From Selaginella moellendorffii (taxonomy: Eukaryota > Plantae > Lycopodiophyta), in assembly GCF_000143415.4 (NCBI RefSeq), contig NW_003314392.1, positions 34,390 to 98,389 on the forward strand: 64,000 nt of DNA, in the 5' to 3' direction. Under the pieces are notes generated by a model. The model was not told where the DNA came from, ran no database searches, and was given only the letters and a program-made list of their open reading frames with translations. Below, piece after piece: positions 23,980-38,043 of this stretch. Both the position numbers and the translations under genes were made by a program. The stretch's first letter is position 1, and each line of letters begins with the position of its first letter.

Positions 23980-25130
23980 CGTTACATATTTCGTGTCGGT
24001 TAAATTTATTGGGTTTGTGGGGGAGGGGGTTTAACTAGCAAAGGGCGATTATGGGGAGCGCTTAGTGCGATTAAGTGGGGCTTAAGTTGGGGCAATCGCG
24101 GCCGTCGGTGCGGTGGGGTGGTTGACCGGCGGCGATGAGTTTGACCGGCGGTCCCCGTGACACGTGGCTAGGGCTAGGGTCTGGATATGGGTTTTGCGCG
24201 AGTGGGCAAGATCCATGGCTCGGTTTGCGGTGGGACTTGAACCGTTGGAAAGCTTGCGTGAGTCCACCCGTTTCCACAGAAACGGATCTGGATTTCGTCG
24301 CTCCACCGGCCCGCACCATTGCGATGGGTTTGACGCTGGGTTTTCGAGCGAGTGGGCAACATCCATGGCTCGGTTTGCGGTGGGACTTGAACCGTTGGAA
24401 AGCTTGCGTGAGTCCACCCGTTTCCACAGAAACGGATCCCGATTTCGTTTGCTCCACCGTCCCACACCATTGCAATGGGTTTTGTGCTGTTCCCGTTGCC
24501 ATATCTCGTGGACCGTGGGCCCCCTTTCGCCCTTGGGCACATGGGAGCAACTGGGGCGGTGCGCGCAACTGGCCCATGTGGCCAAGTACATTTTTCCATG
24601 TCCTGGGCGCCTGCTTTTGTGGTTTTTCCCACGGAAGAAGATGCGTCCCACGTGGCGATCCGTGTGCCCGCCCGCACTCCGGCACCAACGGGGCCGGCCG
24701 GCGTGACGCCCCGGTCGCGGCCGTGCCAACGGATCGCGGGCCCCATGCGTGGGCTGCCGCCGGGAGTGCATCTCACTCTCGAGGAAAACACCGCACTGGC
24801 GCTCGGGCCTGCACTGGAACGCGACCCCAGGAGCGCCGTGGCGAAGCCCGCGTCGAGGGCATCGATCCGAATTGGCTGGGCCCCCCATGCCATGCTGGCA
24901 CCGTGCGTGCCTTGTCGAAAACGGCACACCCTTGCGACCGCTGGGCGAAAGGGGCAAACCCCGAGAGGTCCTTGCACCTCCTGTCACTGGGGAGGGTGCC
25001 CCCCACGAACACGAACCCAACGGCGCCAGTCCCACGCGAAACGCACGCACGGTTCGCGAGAAAACGGCCCCCAACGCCCGCATTCTCCATTATTCCGAGA
25101 GAATATTCCCTCCACTACTTAAATTGTGCC

Positions 25131-25229
25131 AAAAAGAGGTGGCTCCGGGTGGGTCTCGACCCAGGGACCTATTTGAGTGGACTTGTTTTTAGATTGGGGG
25201 TCTCTGCCACTAGGCCTCTACCACCTCTC
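25131..25229 (-). ncRNA. Putative Pol III small RNA gene, copy 21
   Basis: Same cassette as copy 1. Confidence 0.65.
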
Positions 25230-26378
25230 CGTTACATATTTCGTGTCGGTTAAATTTATTGGGTTTGTGGGGGAGGGGGTTTAACTAGCAAAGGGCGATT
25301 ATGGGGAGCGCTTAGTGCGATTAAGTGGGGCTTAAGTTGGGGCAATCGCGGCCGTCGGTGCGGTGGGGTGGTTGACCGGCGGCGATGAGTTTGACCGGCG
25401 GTCCCCGTGACACGTGGCTAGGGCTAGGGTCTGGATATGGGTTTTGCGCGAGTGGGCAAGATCCATGGCTCGGTTTGCGGTGGGACTTGAACCGTTGGAA
25501 AGCTTGCGTGAGTCCACCCGTTTCCACAGAAACGGATCTGGATTTCGTCGCTCCACCGGCCCGCACCATTGCGATGGGTTTGACGCTGGGTTTTCGAGCG
25601 AGTGGGCAACATCCATGGCTCGGTTTGCGGTGGGACTTGAACCGTTGGAAAGCTTGCGTGAGTCCACCCGTTTCCACAGAAACGGATCCCGATTTCGTTG
25701 CTCCACCGTCCCACACCATTGCAATGGGTTTTGTGCTGTTCCCGTTGCCATATCTCGTGGACCGTGGGCCCCCTTTCGCCCTTGGGCACATGGGAGCAAC
25801 TGGGGCGGTGCGCGCAACTGGCCCATGTGGCCAAGTACATTTTTCCATGTCCTGGGCGCCTGCTTTTGTGGTTTTTCCCACGGAAGAAGATGCGTCCCAC
25901 GTGGCGATCCGTGTGCCCGCCCGCACTCCGGCACCAACGGGGCCGGCCGGCGTGACGCCCCGGTCGCGGCCGTGCCAACGGATCGCGGGCCCCATGCGTG
26001 GGCTGCCGCCGGGAGTGCATCTCACTCTCGAGGAAAACACCGCACTGGCGCTCGGGCCTGCACTGGAACGCGACCCCAGGAGCGCCGTGGCGAAGCCCGC
26101 GTCGAGGGCATCGATCCGAATTGGCTGGGCCCCCCATGCCATGCTGGCACCGTGCGTGCCTTGTCGAAACGGCACACCCTTGCGACCGCTGGGCGAAAGG
26201 GGCAAACCCCGAGAGGTCCTTGCACCTCCTGTCACTGGGGAGGGTGCCCCCCACGAACACGAACCCAACGGCGCCAGTCCCACGCGAAACGCACGCACGG
26301 TTCGCGAGAAAACGGCCCCCAACGCCCGCATTCTCCATTATTCCGAGAGAATATTCCCTCCACTACTTAAATTGTGCC

Positions 26379-26477
26379 AAAAAGAGGTGGCTCCGGGTGG
26401 GTCTCGACCCAGGGACCTATTTGAGTGGACTTGTTTTTAGATTGGGGGTCTCTGCCACTAGGCCTCTACCACCTCTC
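26379..26477 (-). ncRNA. Putative Pol III small RNA gene, copy 22
   Basis: Same cassette as copy 1. Confidence 0.65.
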
Positions 26478-27626
26478 CGTTACATATTTCGTGTCGGTTA
26501 AATTTATTGGGTTTGTGGGGGAGGGGGTTTAACTAGCAAAGGGCGATTATGGGGAGCGCTTAGTGCGATTAAGTGGGGCTTAAGTTGGGGCAATCGCGGC
26601 CGTCGGTGCGGTGGGGTGGTTGACCGGCGGCGATGAGTTTGACCGGCGGTCCCCGTGACACGTGGCTAGGGCTAGGGTCTGGATATGGGTTTTGCGCGAG
26701 TGGGCAAGATCCATGGCTCGGTTTGCGGTGGGACTTGAACCGTTGGAAAGCTTGCGTGAGTCCACCCGTTTCCACAGAAACGGATCTGGATTTCGTCGCT
26801 CCACCGGCCCGCACCATTGCGATGGGTTTGACGCTGGGTTTTCGAGCGAGTGGGCAACATCCATGGCTCGGTTTGCGGTGGGACTTGAACCGTTGGAAAG
26901 CTTGCGTGAGTCCACCCGTTTCCACAGAAACGGATCCCGATTTCGTTGCTCCACCGTCCCACACCATTGCAATGGGTTTTGTGCTGTTCCCGTTGCCATA
27001 TCTCGTGGACCGTGGGCCCCCTTTCGCCCTTGGGCCATGGGAGCAACTGGGGCGGTGCGCGCAACTGGCCCATGTGGCCAAGTACATTTTTCCATGTCCT
27101 GGGCGCCTGCTTTTGTGGTTTTTCCCACGGAAGAAGATGCGTCCCACGTGGCGATCCGTGTGCCCGCCCGCACTCCGGCACCAACGGGGCCGGCCGGCGT
27201 GACGCCCCGGTCGCGGCCGTGCCAACGGATCGCGGGCCCCATGCGTGGGCTGCCGCCGGGAGTGCATCTCACTCTCGAGGAAAACACCGCACTGGCGCTC
27301 GGGCCTGCACTGGAACGCGACCCCAGGAGCGCCGTGGCGAAGCCCGCGTCGAGGGCATCGATCCGAATTGGCTGGGCCCCCCATGCCATGCTGGCACCGT
27401 GCGTGCCTTGTCGAAAACGGCACACCCTTGCGACCGCTGGGCGAAAGGGGCAAACCCCGAGAGGTCCTTGCACCTCCTGTCACTGGGGAGGGTGCCCCCC
27501 ACGAACACGAACCCAACGGCGCCAGTCCCACGCGAAACGCACGCACGGTTCGCGAGAAAACGGCCCCCAACGCCCGCATTCTCCATTATTCCGAGAGAAT
27601 ATTCCCTCCACTACTTAAATTGTGCC

Positions 27627-27725
27627 AAAAAGAGGTGGCTCCGGGTGGGTCTCGACCCAGGGACCTATTTGAGTGGACTTGTTTTTAGATTGGGGGTCTC
27701 TGCCACTAGGCCTCTACCACCTCTC
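27627..27725 (-). ncRNA. Putative Pol III small RNA gene, copy 23
   Basis: Same cassette as copy 1. Confidence 0.65.
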
Positions 27726-28875
27726 CGTTACATATTTCGTGTCGGTTAAATTTATTGGGTTTGTGGGGGAGGGGGTTTAACTAGCAAAGGGCGATTATGG
27801 GGAGCGCTTAGTGCGATTAAGTGGGGCTTAAGTTGGGGCAATCGCGGCCGTCGGTGCGGTGGGGTGGTTGACCGGCGGCGATGAGTTTGACCGGCGGTCC
27901 CCGTGACACGTGGCTAGGGCTAGGGTCTGGATATGGGTTTTGCGCGAGTGGGCAAGATCCATGGCTCGGTTTGCGGTGGGACTTGAACCGTTGGAAAGCT
28001 TGCGTGAGTCCACCCGTTTCCACAGAAACGGATCTGGATTTCGTCGCTCCACCGGCCCGCACCATTGCGATGGGTTTGACGCTGGGTTTTCGAGCGAGTG
28101 GGCAACATCCATGGCTCGGTTTGCGGTGGGACTTGAACCGTTGGAAAGCTTGCGTGAGTCCACCCGTTTCCACAGAAACGGATCCCGATTTCGTTGCTCC
28201 ACCGTCCCACACCATTGCAATGGGTTTTGTGCTGTTCCTGTTGCCATATCTCGTGGACCGTGGGCCCCCTTTCGCCCTTGGGCACATGGGAGCAACTGGG
28301 GCGGTGCGCGCAACTGGCCCATGTGGCCAAGTACATTTTTCCATGTCCTGGGCGCCTGCTTTTGTGGTTTTTCCCACGGAAGAAGATGCGTCCCACGTGG
28401 CGATCCGTGTGCCCGCCCGCACTCCGGCACCAACGGGGCCGGCCGGCGTGACGCCCCGGTCGCGACCGTGCCAACGGATCGCGGGCCCCATGCGTGGGCT
28501 GCCGCCGGGAGTGCATCTCACTCTCGAGGAAAACACCGCACTGGCGCTCGGGCCTGCACTGGAACGCGACCCCAGGAGCGCCGTGGCGAAGCCCGCGTCG
28601 AGGGCATCGATCCGAATTGGCTGGGCCCCCCATGCCATGCTGGCACCGTGCGTGCCTTGTCGAAAACGGCACACCCTTGCGACCGCTGGGCGAAAGGGGC
28701 AAACCCCGAGAGGTCCTTGCACCTCCTGTCACTGGGGAGGGTGCCCCCCACGAACACGAACCCAACGGCGCCAGTCCCACGCGAAACGCACGCACGGTTC
28801 GCGAGAAAACGGCCCCCAACGCCCGCATTCTCCATTATTCCGAGAGAATATTCCCTCCACTACTTAAATTGTGCC

Positions 28876-28974
28876 AAAAAGAGGTGGCTCCGGGTGGGTC
28901 TCGACCCAGGGACCTATTTGAGTGGACTTGTTTTTAGATTGGGGGTCTCTGCCACTAGGCCTCTACCACCTCTC
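28876..28974 (-). ncRNA. Putative Pol III small RNA gene, copy 24
   Basis: Same cassette as copy 1. Confidence 0.65.
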
Positions 28975-30124
28975 CGTTACATATTTCGTGTCGGTTAAAT
29001 TTATTGGGTTTGTGGGGGAGGGGGTTTAACTAGCAAAGGGCGATTATGGGGAGCGCTTAGTGCGATTAAGTGGGGCTTAAGTTGGGGCAATCGCGGCCGT
29101 CGGTGCGGTGGGGTGGTTGACCGGCGGCGATGAGTTTGACCGGCGGTCCCCGTGACACGTGGCTAGGGCTAGGGTCTGGATATGGGTTTTGCGCGAGTGG
29201 GCAAGATCCATGGCTCGGTTTGCGGTGGGACTTGAACCGTTGGAAAGCTTGCGTGAGTCCACCCGTTTCCACAGAAACGGATCTGGATTTCGTCGCTCCA
29301 CCGGCCCGCACCATTGCGATGGGTTTGACGTTGGGTTTTCGAGCGAGTGGGCAACATCCATGGCTCGGTTTGCGGTGGGACTTGAACCGTTGGAAAGCTT
29401 GCGTGAGTCCACCCGTTTCCACAGAAACGGATCCCGATTTCGTTGCTCCACCGTCCCACACCATTGCAATGGGTTTTGTGCTGTTCCCGTTGCCATATCT
29501 CGTGGACCGTGGGCCCCCTTTCGCCCTTGGGCACATGGGAGCAACTGGGACGGTGCGCGCAACTGGCCCATGTGGCCAAGTACATTTTTCCATGTCCTGG
29601 GCGCCTGCTTTTGTGGTTTTTCCCACGGAAGAAGATGCGTCCCACGTGGCGATCCGTGTGCCCGCCCGCACTCCGGCACCAACGGGGCCGGCCGGCGTGA
29701 CGCCCCGGTCGCGGCCGTGCCAACGGATCGCGGGCCCCATGCGTGGGCTGCCGCCGGGAGTGCATCTCACTCTCGAGGAAAACACCGCACTGGCGCTCGG
29801 GCCTGCACTGGAACGCGACCCCAGGAGCGCCGTGGCGAAGCCCGCGTCGAGGGCATCGATCCGAATTGGCTGGGCCCCCCATGCCATGCTGGCACCGTGC
29901 GTGCCTTGTCGAAAACGGCACACCCTTGCGACCGCTGGGCGAAAGGGGCAAACCCCGAGAGGTCCTTGCACCTCCTGTCACTGGGGAGGGTGCCCCCCAC
30001 GAACACGAACCCAACGGCGCCAGTCCCACGCGAAACGCACGCACGGTTCGCGAGAAAACGGCCCCCAACGCCCGCATTCTCCATTATTCCGAGAGAATAT
30101 TCCCTCCACTACTTAAATTGTGCC

Positions 30125-30223
30125 AAAAAGAGGTGGCTCCGGGTGGGTCTCGACCCAGGGACCTATTTGAGTGGACTTGTTTTTAGATTGGGGGTCTCTG
30201 CCACTAGGCCTCTACCACCTCTC
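30125..30223 (-). ncRNA. Putative Pol III small RNA gene, copy 25
   Basis: Same cassette as copy 1. Confidence 0.65.
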
Positions 30224-31373
30224 CGTTACATATTTCGTGTCGGTTAAATTTATTGGGTTTGTGGGGGAGGGGGTTTAACTAGCAAAGGGCGATTATGGGG
30301 AGCGCTTAGTGCGATTAAGTGGGGCTTAAGTTGGGGCAATCGCGGCCGTCGGTGCGGTGGGGTGGTTGACCGGCGGCGATGAGTTTGACCGGCGGTCCCC
30401 GTGACACGTGGCTAGGGCTAGGGTCTGGATATGGGTTTTGCGCGAGTGGGCAAGATCCATGGCTCGGTTTGCGGTGGGACTTGAACCGTTGGAAAGCTTG
30501 CGTGAGTCCACCCGTTTCCACAGAAACGGATCTGGATTTCGTCGCTCCACCGGCCCGCACCATTGCGATGGGTTTGACGCTGGGTTTTCGAGCGAGTGGG
30601 CAACATCCATGGCTCGGTTTGCGGTGGGACTTGAACCGTTGGAAAGCTTGCGTGAGTCCACCCGTTTCCACAGAAACGGATCCCGATTTCGTTGCTCCAC
30701 CGTCCCACACCATTGCAATGGGTTTTGTGCTGTTCCCGTTGCCATATCTCGTGGACCGTGGGCCCCCTTTCGCCCTTGGGCACATGGGAGCAACTGGGGC
30801 GGTGCGCGCAACTGGCCCATGTGGCCAAGTACATTTTTCCATGTCCTGGGCGCCTGCTTTTGTGGTTTTTCCCACGGAAGAAGATGCGTCCCACGTGGCG
30901 ATCCGTGTGCCCGCCCGCACTCCGGCACCAACGGGGCCGGCCGGCGTGACGCCCCGGTCGCGGCCGTGCCAACGGATCGCGGGCCCCATGCGTGGGCTGC
31001 CGCCGGGAGTGCATCTCACTCTCGAGGAAAACACCGCACTGGCGCTCGGGCCTGCACTGGAACGCGACCCCAGGAGCGCCGTGGCGAAGCCCGCGTCGAG
31101 GGCATCGATCCGAATTGGCTGGGCCCCCCATGCCATGCTGGCACCGTGCGTGCCTTGTCGAAAACGGGACACCCTTGCGACCGCTGGGCGAAAGGGGCAA
31201 ACCCCGAGAGGTCCTTGCACCTCCTGTCACTGGGGAGGGTGCCCCCCACGAACACGAACCCAATGGCGCCAGTCCCACGCGAAACGCACGCACGGTTCGC
31301 GAGAAAACGGCCCCCAACGCCCGCATTCTCCATTATTCCGAGAGAATATTCCCTCCACTACTTAAATTGTGCC

Positions 31374-31472
31374 AAAAAGAGGTGGCTCCGGGTGGGTCTC
31401 GACCCAGGGACCTATTTGAGTGGACTTGTTTTTAGATTGGGGGTCTCTGCCACTAGGCCTCTACCACCTCTC
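31374..31472 (-). ncRNA. Putative Pol III small RNA gene, copy 26
   Basis: Same cassette as copy 1. Confidence 0.65.
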
Positions 31473-32622
31473 CGTTACATATTTCGTGTCGGTTAAATTT
31501 ATTGGGTTTGTGGGGGAGGGGGTTTAACTAGCAAAGGGCGATTATGGGGAGCGCTTAGTGCGATTAAGTGGGGCTTAAGTTGGGGCAATCGCGGCCGTCG
31601 GTGCGGTGGGGTGGTTGACCGGCGGCGATGAGTTTGACCGGCGGTCCCCGTGACACGTGGCTAGGGCTAGGGTCTGGATATGGGTTTTGCGCGAGTGGGC
31701 AAGATCCATGGCTCGGTTTGCGGTGGGACTTGAACCGTTGGAAAGCTTGCGTGAGTCCACCCGTTTCCACAGAAACGGATCTGGATTTCGTCGCTCCACC
31801 GGCCCGCACCATTGCGATGGGTTTGACGCTGGGTTTTCGAGCGAGTGGGCAACATCCATGGCTCGGTTTGCGGTGGGACTTGAACCGTTGGAAAGCTTGC
31901 GTGAGTCCACCCGTTTCCACAGAAACGGATCCCGATTTCGTTGCTCCACCGTCCCACACCATTGCAATGGGTTTTGTGCTGTTCCCGTTGCCATATCTCG
32001 TGGACCGTGGGCCCCCTTTCGCCCTTGGGCACATGGGAGCAACTGGGGCGGTGCGCGCAACTGGCCCATGTGGCCAAGTACATTTTTCCATGTCCTGGGC
32101 GCCTGCTTTTGTGGTTTTTCCCACGGAAGAAGATGCGTCCCACGTGGCGATCCGTGTGCCCGCCCGCACTCCGGCACCAACGGGGCCGGCCGGCGTGACG
32201 CCCCGGTCGCGGCCGTGCCAACGGATCGCGGGCCCCATGCGTGGGCTGCCGCCGGGAGTGCATCTCACTCTCGAGGAAAACACCGCACTGGCGCTCGGGC
32301 CTGCACTGGAACGCGACCCCAGGAGCGCCGTGGCGAAGCCCGCGTCGAGGGCATCGATCCGAATTGGCTGGGCCCCCCATGCCATGCTGGCACCGTGCGT
32401 GCCTTGTCGAAAACGGCACACCCTTGCGACCGCTGGGCGAAAGGGGCAAACCCCGAGAGGTCCTTGCACCTCCTGTCACTGGGGAGGGTGCCCCCCACGA
32501 ACACGAACCCAACGGCGCCAGTCCCACGCGAAACGCACGCACGGTTCGCGAGAAAACGGCCCCCAACGCCCGCATTCTCCATTATTCCGAGAGAATATTC
32601 CCTCCACTACTTAAATTGTGCC

Positions 32623-32721
32623 AAAAAGAGGTGGCTCCGGGTGGGTCTCGACCCAGGGACCTATTTGAGTGGACTTGTTTTTAGATTGGGGGTCTCTGCC
32701 ACTAGGCCTCTACCACCTCTC
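32623..32721 (-). ncRNA. Putative Pol III small RNA gene, copy 27
   Basis: Same cassette as copy 1. Confidence 0.65.
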
Positions 32722-33871
32722 CGTTACATATTTCGTGTCGGTTAAATTTATTGGGTTTGTGGGGGAGGGGGTTTAACTAGCAAAGGGCGATTATGGGGAG
32801 CGCTTAGTGCGATTAAGTGGGGCTTAAGTTGGGGCAATCGCGGCCGTCGGTGCGGTGGGGTGGTTGACCGGCGGCGATGAGTTTGACCGGCGGTCCCCGT
32901 GACACGTGGCTAGGGCTAGGGTCTGGATATGGGTTTTGCGCGAGTGGGCAAGATCCATGGCTCGGTTTGCGGTGGGACTTGAACCGTTGGAAAGCTTGCG
33001 TGAGTCCACCCGTTTCCACAGAAACGGATCTGGATTTCGTCGCTCCACCGGCCCGCACCATTGCGATGGGTTTGACGCTGGGTTTTCGAGCGAGTGGGCA
33101 ACATCCATGGCTCGGTTTGCGGTGGGACTTGAACCGTTGGAAAGCTTGCGTGAGTCCACCCGTTTCCACAGAAACGGATCCCGATTTCGTTGCTCCACCG
33201 TCCCACACCATTGCAATGGGTTTTGTGCTGTTCCCGTTGCCATATCTCGTGGACCGTGGGCCCCCTTTCGCCCTTGGGCACATGGGAGCAACTGGGGCGG
33301 TGCGCGCAACTGGCCCATGTGGCCAAGTACATTTTTCCATGTCCTGGGCGCCTGCTTTTGTGGTTTTTCCCACGGAAGAAGATGCGTCCCACGTGGCGAT
33401 CCGTGTGCCCGCCCGCACTCCGGCACCAACGGGGCCGGCCGGCGTGACGCCCCGGTCGCGGCCGTGCCAACGGATCGCGGGCCCCATGCGTGGGCTGCCG
33501 CCGGGAGTGCATCTCACTCTCGAGGAAAACACCGCACTGGCGCTCGGGCCTGCACTGGAACGCGACCCCAGGAGCGCCGTGGCGAAGCCCGCGTCGAGGG
33601 CATCGATCCGAATTGGCTGGGCCCCCCATGCCATGCTGGCACCGTGCGTGCCTTGTCGAAAACGGCACACCCTTGCGACCGCTGGGCGAAAGGGGCAAAC
33701 CCCGAGAGGTCCTTGCACCTCCTGTCACTGGGGAGGGTGCCCCCCACGAACACGAACCCAACGGCGCCAGTCCCACGCGAAACGCACGCACGGTTCGCGA
33801 GAAAACGGCCCCCAACGCCCGCATTCTCCATTATTCCGAGAGAATATTCCCTCCACTACTTAAATTGTGCC

Positions 33872-33970
33872 AAAAAGAGGTGGCTCCGGGTGGGTCTCGA
33901 CCCAGGGACCTATTTGAGTGGACTTGTTTTTAGATTGGGGGTCTCTGCCACTAGGCCTCTACCACCTCTC
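33872..33970 (-). ncRNA. Putative Pol III small RNA gene, copy 28
   Basis: Same cassette as copy 1. Confidence 0.65.
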
Positions 33971-35119
33971 CGTTACATATTTCGTGTCGGTTAAATTTAT
34001 TGGGTTTGTGGGGGAGGGGGTTTAACTAGCAAAGGGCGATTATGGGGAGCGCTTAGTGCGATTAAGTGGGGCTTAAGTTGGGGCAATCGCGGCCGTCGGT
34101 GCGGTGGGGTGGTTGACCGGCGGCGATGAGTTTGACCGGCGGTCCCCGTGACACGTGGCTAGGGCTAGGGTCTGGATATGGGTTTTGCGCGAGTGGGCAA
34201 GATCCATGGCTCGGTTTGCGGTGGGACTTGAACCGTTGGAAAGCTTGCGTGAGTCCACCCGTTTCCACAGAAACGGATCTGGATTTCGTCGCTCCACCGG
34301 CCCGCACCATTGCGATGGGTTTGACGCTGGGTTTTCGAGCGAGTGGGCAACATCCATGGCTCGGTTTGCGGTGGGACTTGAACCGTTGGAAAGCTTGCGT
34401 GAGTCCCCCGTTTCCACAGAAACTGATCCCGATTTCGTTGCTCCACCGTCCCACACCATTGCAATGGGTTTTGTGCTGTTCCCGTTGCCATATCTCGTGG
34501 ACCGTGGGCCCCCTTTCGCCCTTGGGCACATGGGAGCAACTGGGGCGGTGCGCGCAACTGGCCCATGTGGCCAAGTACATTTTTCCATGTCCTGGGCGCC
34601 TGCTTTTGTGGTTTTTCCCACGGAAGAAGATGCGTCCCACGTGGCGATCCGTGTGCCCGCCCGCACTCCGGCACCAACGGGGCCGGCCGGCGTGACGCCC
34701 CGGTCGCGGCCGTGCCAACGGATCGCGGGCCCCATGCGTGGGCTGCTGCCGGGAGTGCATCTCACTCTCGAGGAAAACACCGCACTGGCGCTCGGGCCTG
34801 CACTGGAACGCGACCCCAGGAGCGCCGTGGCGAAGCCCGCGTCGAGGGCATCGATCCGAATTGGCTGGGCCCCCCATGCCATGCTGGCACCGTGCGTGCC
34901 TTGTCGAAAACGGCACACCCTTGCGACCGCTGGGCGAAAGGGGCAAACCCCGAGAGGTCCTTGCACCTCCTGTCACTGGGGAGGGTGCCCCCCACGAACA
35001 CGAACCCAACGGCGCCAGTCCCACGCGAAACGCACGCACGGTTCGCGAGAAAACGGCCCCCAACGCCCGCATTCTCCATTATTCCGAGAGAATATTCCCT
35101 CCACTACTTAAATTGTGCC

Positions 35120-35218
35120 AAAAAGAGGTGGCTCCGGGTGGGTCTCGACCCAGGGACCTATTTGAGTGGACTTGTTTTTAGATTGGGGGTCTCTGCCACT
35201 AGGCCTCTACCACCTCTC
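35120..35218 (-). ncRNA. Putative Pol III small RNA gene, copy 29
   Basis: Same cassette as copy 1. Confidence 0.65.
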
Positions 35219-36116
35219 CGTTACATATTTCGTGTCGGTTAAATTTATTGGGTTTGTGGGGGAGGGGGTTTAACTAGCAAAGGGCGATTATGGGGAGCGC
35301 TTAGTGCGATTAAGTGGGGCTTAAGTTGGGGCAATCGCGGCCGTCGGTGCGGTGGGGTGGTTGACCGGCGGCGATGAGTTTGACCGGCGGTCCCCGTGAC
35401 ACGTGGCTAGGGCTAGGGTCTGGATATGGGTTTTGCGCGAGTGGGCAAGATCCATGGCTCGGTTTGCGGTGGGACTTGAACCGTTGGAAAGCTTGCGTGA
35501 GTCCACCCGTTTCCACAGAAACGGATCTGGATTTCGTCGCTCCACCGGCCCGCACCATTGCGATGGGTTTGACGCTGGGTTTTCGAGCGAGTGGGCAACA
35601 TCCATGGCTCGGTTTGCGGTGGGACTTGAACCGTTGGAAAGCTTGCGTGAGTCCACCCGTTTCCACAGAAACGGATCCCGATTTCGTTGCTCCACCGTCC
35701 CACACCATTGCAATGGGTTTTGTGCTGTTCCCGTTGCCATATCTCGTGGACCGTGGGCCCCCTTTCGCCCTTGGGCACATGGGAGCAACTGGGGCGGTGC
35801 GCGCAACTGGCCCATGTGGCCAAGTACATTTTTCCATGTCCTGGGCGCCTGCTTTTGTGGTTTTTCCCACGGAAGAAGATGCGTCCCACGTGGCGATCCG
35901 TGTGCCCGCCCGCACTCCGGCACCAACGGGGCCGGCCGGCGTGACGCCCCGGTCGCGGCCGTGCCAACGGATCGCGGGCCCCATGCGTGGGCTGCCGCCG
36001 GGAGTGCATCTCACTCTCGAGGAAAACACCGCACTGGCGCTCGGGCCTGCACTGGAACGCGACCCCAGGAGCGCCGTGGCGAAGCCCGCGTCGAGGGCAT
36101 CGATCCGAATTGGCTG

Positions 36117-36367
36117 NNNNNNNNNNNNNNNNNNNNNNNNNNNNNNNNNNNNNNNNNNNNNNNNNNNNNNNNNNNNNNNNNNNNNNNNNNNNNNNNNNNN
36201 NNNNNNNNNNNNNNNNNNNNNNNNNNNNNNNNNNNNNNNNNNNNNNNNNNNNNNNNNNNNNNNNNNNNNNNNNNNNNNNNNNNNNNNNNNNNNNNNNNNN
36301 NNNNNNNNNNNNNNNNNNNNNNNNNNNNNNNNNNNNNNNNNNNNNNNNNNNNNNNNNNNNNNNNNNN
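36117..36367. other. Assembly gap (251 N)
   Basis: N run. Repeat phase is preserved across it. Confidence 0.99.
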
Positions 36368-36368
36368 C

Positions 36369-36468
36369 AAAAAGAGGCTGGCTCCGGGTGGGTCTCGACC
36401 CAGGGACCTATTTGAGTGGACTTGTTTTTAGATTGGGGGTCTCTGCCACTAGGCCTCTACCACCTCTC
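36369..36468 (-). ncRNA. Putative Pol III small RNA gene, copy 30
   Basis: Same cassette with a 1-nt insertion (gaggctgg) beside the N gap, probably a sequencing error. Confidence 0.6.
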
Positions 36469-37618
36469 CGTTACATATTTCGTGTCGGTTAAATTTATTG
36501 GGTTTGTGGGGGAGGGGGTTTAACTAGCAAAGGGCGATTATGGGGAGCGCTTAGTGCGATTAAGTGGGGCTTAAGTTGGGGCAATCGCGGCCGTCGGTGC
36601 GGTGGGGTGGTTGACCGGCGGCGATGAGTTTGACCGGCGGTCCCCGTGACACGTGGCTAGGGCTAGGGTCTGGATATGGGTTTTGCGCGAGTGGGCAAGA
36701 TCCATGGCTCGGTTTGCGGTGGGACTTGAACCGTTGGAAAGCTTGCGTGAGTCCACCCGTTTCCACAGAAACGGATCTGGATTTCGTCGCTCCACCGGCC
36801 CGCACCATTGCGATGGGTTTGACGCTGGGTTTTCGAGCGAGTGGGCAACATCCATGGCTCGGTTTGCGGTGGGACTTGAACCGTTGGAAAGCTTGCGTGA
36901 GTCCACCCGTTTCCACAGAAACGGATCCCGATTTCGTTGCTCCACCGTCCCACACCATTGCAATGGGTTTTGTGCTGTTCCCGTTGCCATATCTCGTGGA
37001 CCGTGGGCCCCCTTTCGCCCTTGGGCACATGGGAGCAACTGGGGCGGTGCGCGCAACTGGCCCATGTGGCCAAGTACATTTTTCCATGTCCTGGGCGCCT
37101 GCTTTTGTGGTTTTTCCCACGGAAGAAGATGCGTCCCACGTGGCGATCCGTGTGCCCGCCCGCACTCCGGCACCAACGGGGCCGGCCGGCGTGACGCCCC
37201 GGTCGCGGCCGTGCCAACGGATCGCGGGCCCCATGCGTGGGCTGCCGCCGGGAGTGCATCTCACTCTCGAGGAAAACACCGCACTGGCGCTCGGGCCTGC
37301 ACTGGAACGCGACCCCAGGAGCGCCGTGGCGAAGCCCGCGTCGAGGGCATCGATCCGAATTGGCTGGGCCCCCCATGCCATGCTGGCACCGTGCGTGCCT
37401 TGTCGAAAACGGCACACCCTTGCGACCGCTGGGCGAAAGGGGCAAACCCCGAGAGGTCCTTGCACCTCCTGTCACTGGGGAGGGTGCCCCCCACGAACAC
37501 GAACCCAACGGCGCCAGTCCCACGCGAAACGCACGCACGGTTCGCGAGAAAACGGCCCCCAACGCCCGCATTCTCCATTATTCCGAGAGAATATTCCCTC
37601 CACTACTTAAATTGTGCC

Positions 37619-37717
37619 AAAAAGAGGTGGCTCCGGGTGGGTCTCGACCCAGGGACCTATTTGAGTGGACTTGTTTTTAGATTGGGGGTCTCTGCCACTA
37701 GGCCTCTACCACCTCTC
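37619..37717 (-). ncRNA. Putative Pol III small RNA gene, copy 31
   Basis: Same cassette as copy 1. Confidence 0.65.
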
Positions 37718-37903
37718 CGTTACATATTTCGTGTCGGTTAAATTTATTGGGTTTGTGGGGGAGGGGGTTTAACTAGCAAAGGGCGATTATGGGGAGCGCT
37801 TAGTGCGATTAAGTGGGGCTTAAGTTGGGGCAATCGCGGCCGTCGGTGCGGTGGGGTGGTTGACCGGCGGCGATGAGTTTGACCGGCGGTCCCCGTGACA
37901 CGT

Positions 37904-38043
37904 NNNNNNNNNNNNNNNNNNNNNNNNNNNNNNNNNNNNNNNNNNNNNNNNNNNNNNNNNNNNNNNNNNNNNNNNNNNNNNNNNNNNNNNNNNNNNNNNN
38001 NNNNNNNNNNNNNNNNNNNNNNNNNNNNNNNNNNNNNNNNNNN
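37904..38043. other. Assembly gap (140 N)
   Basis: N run. Repeat phase is preserved across it. Confidence 0.99.
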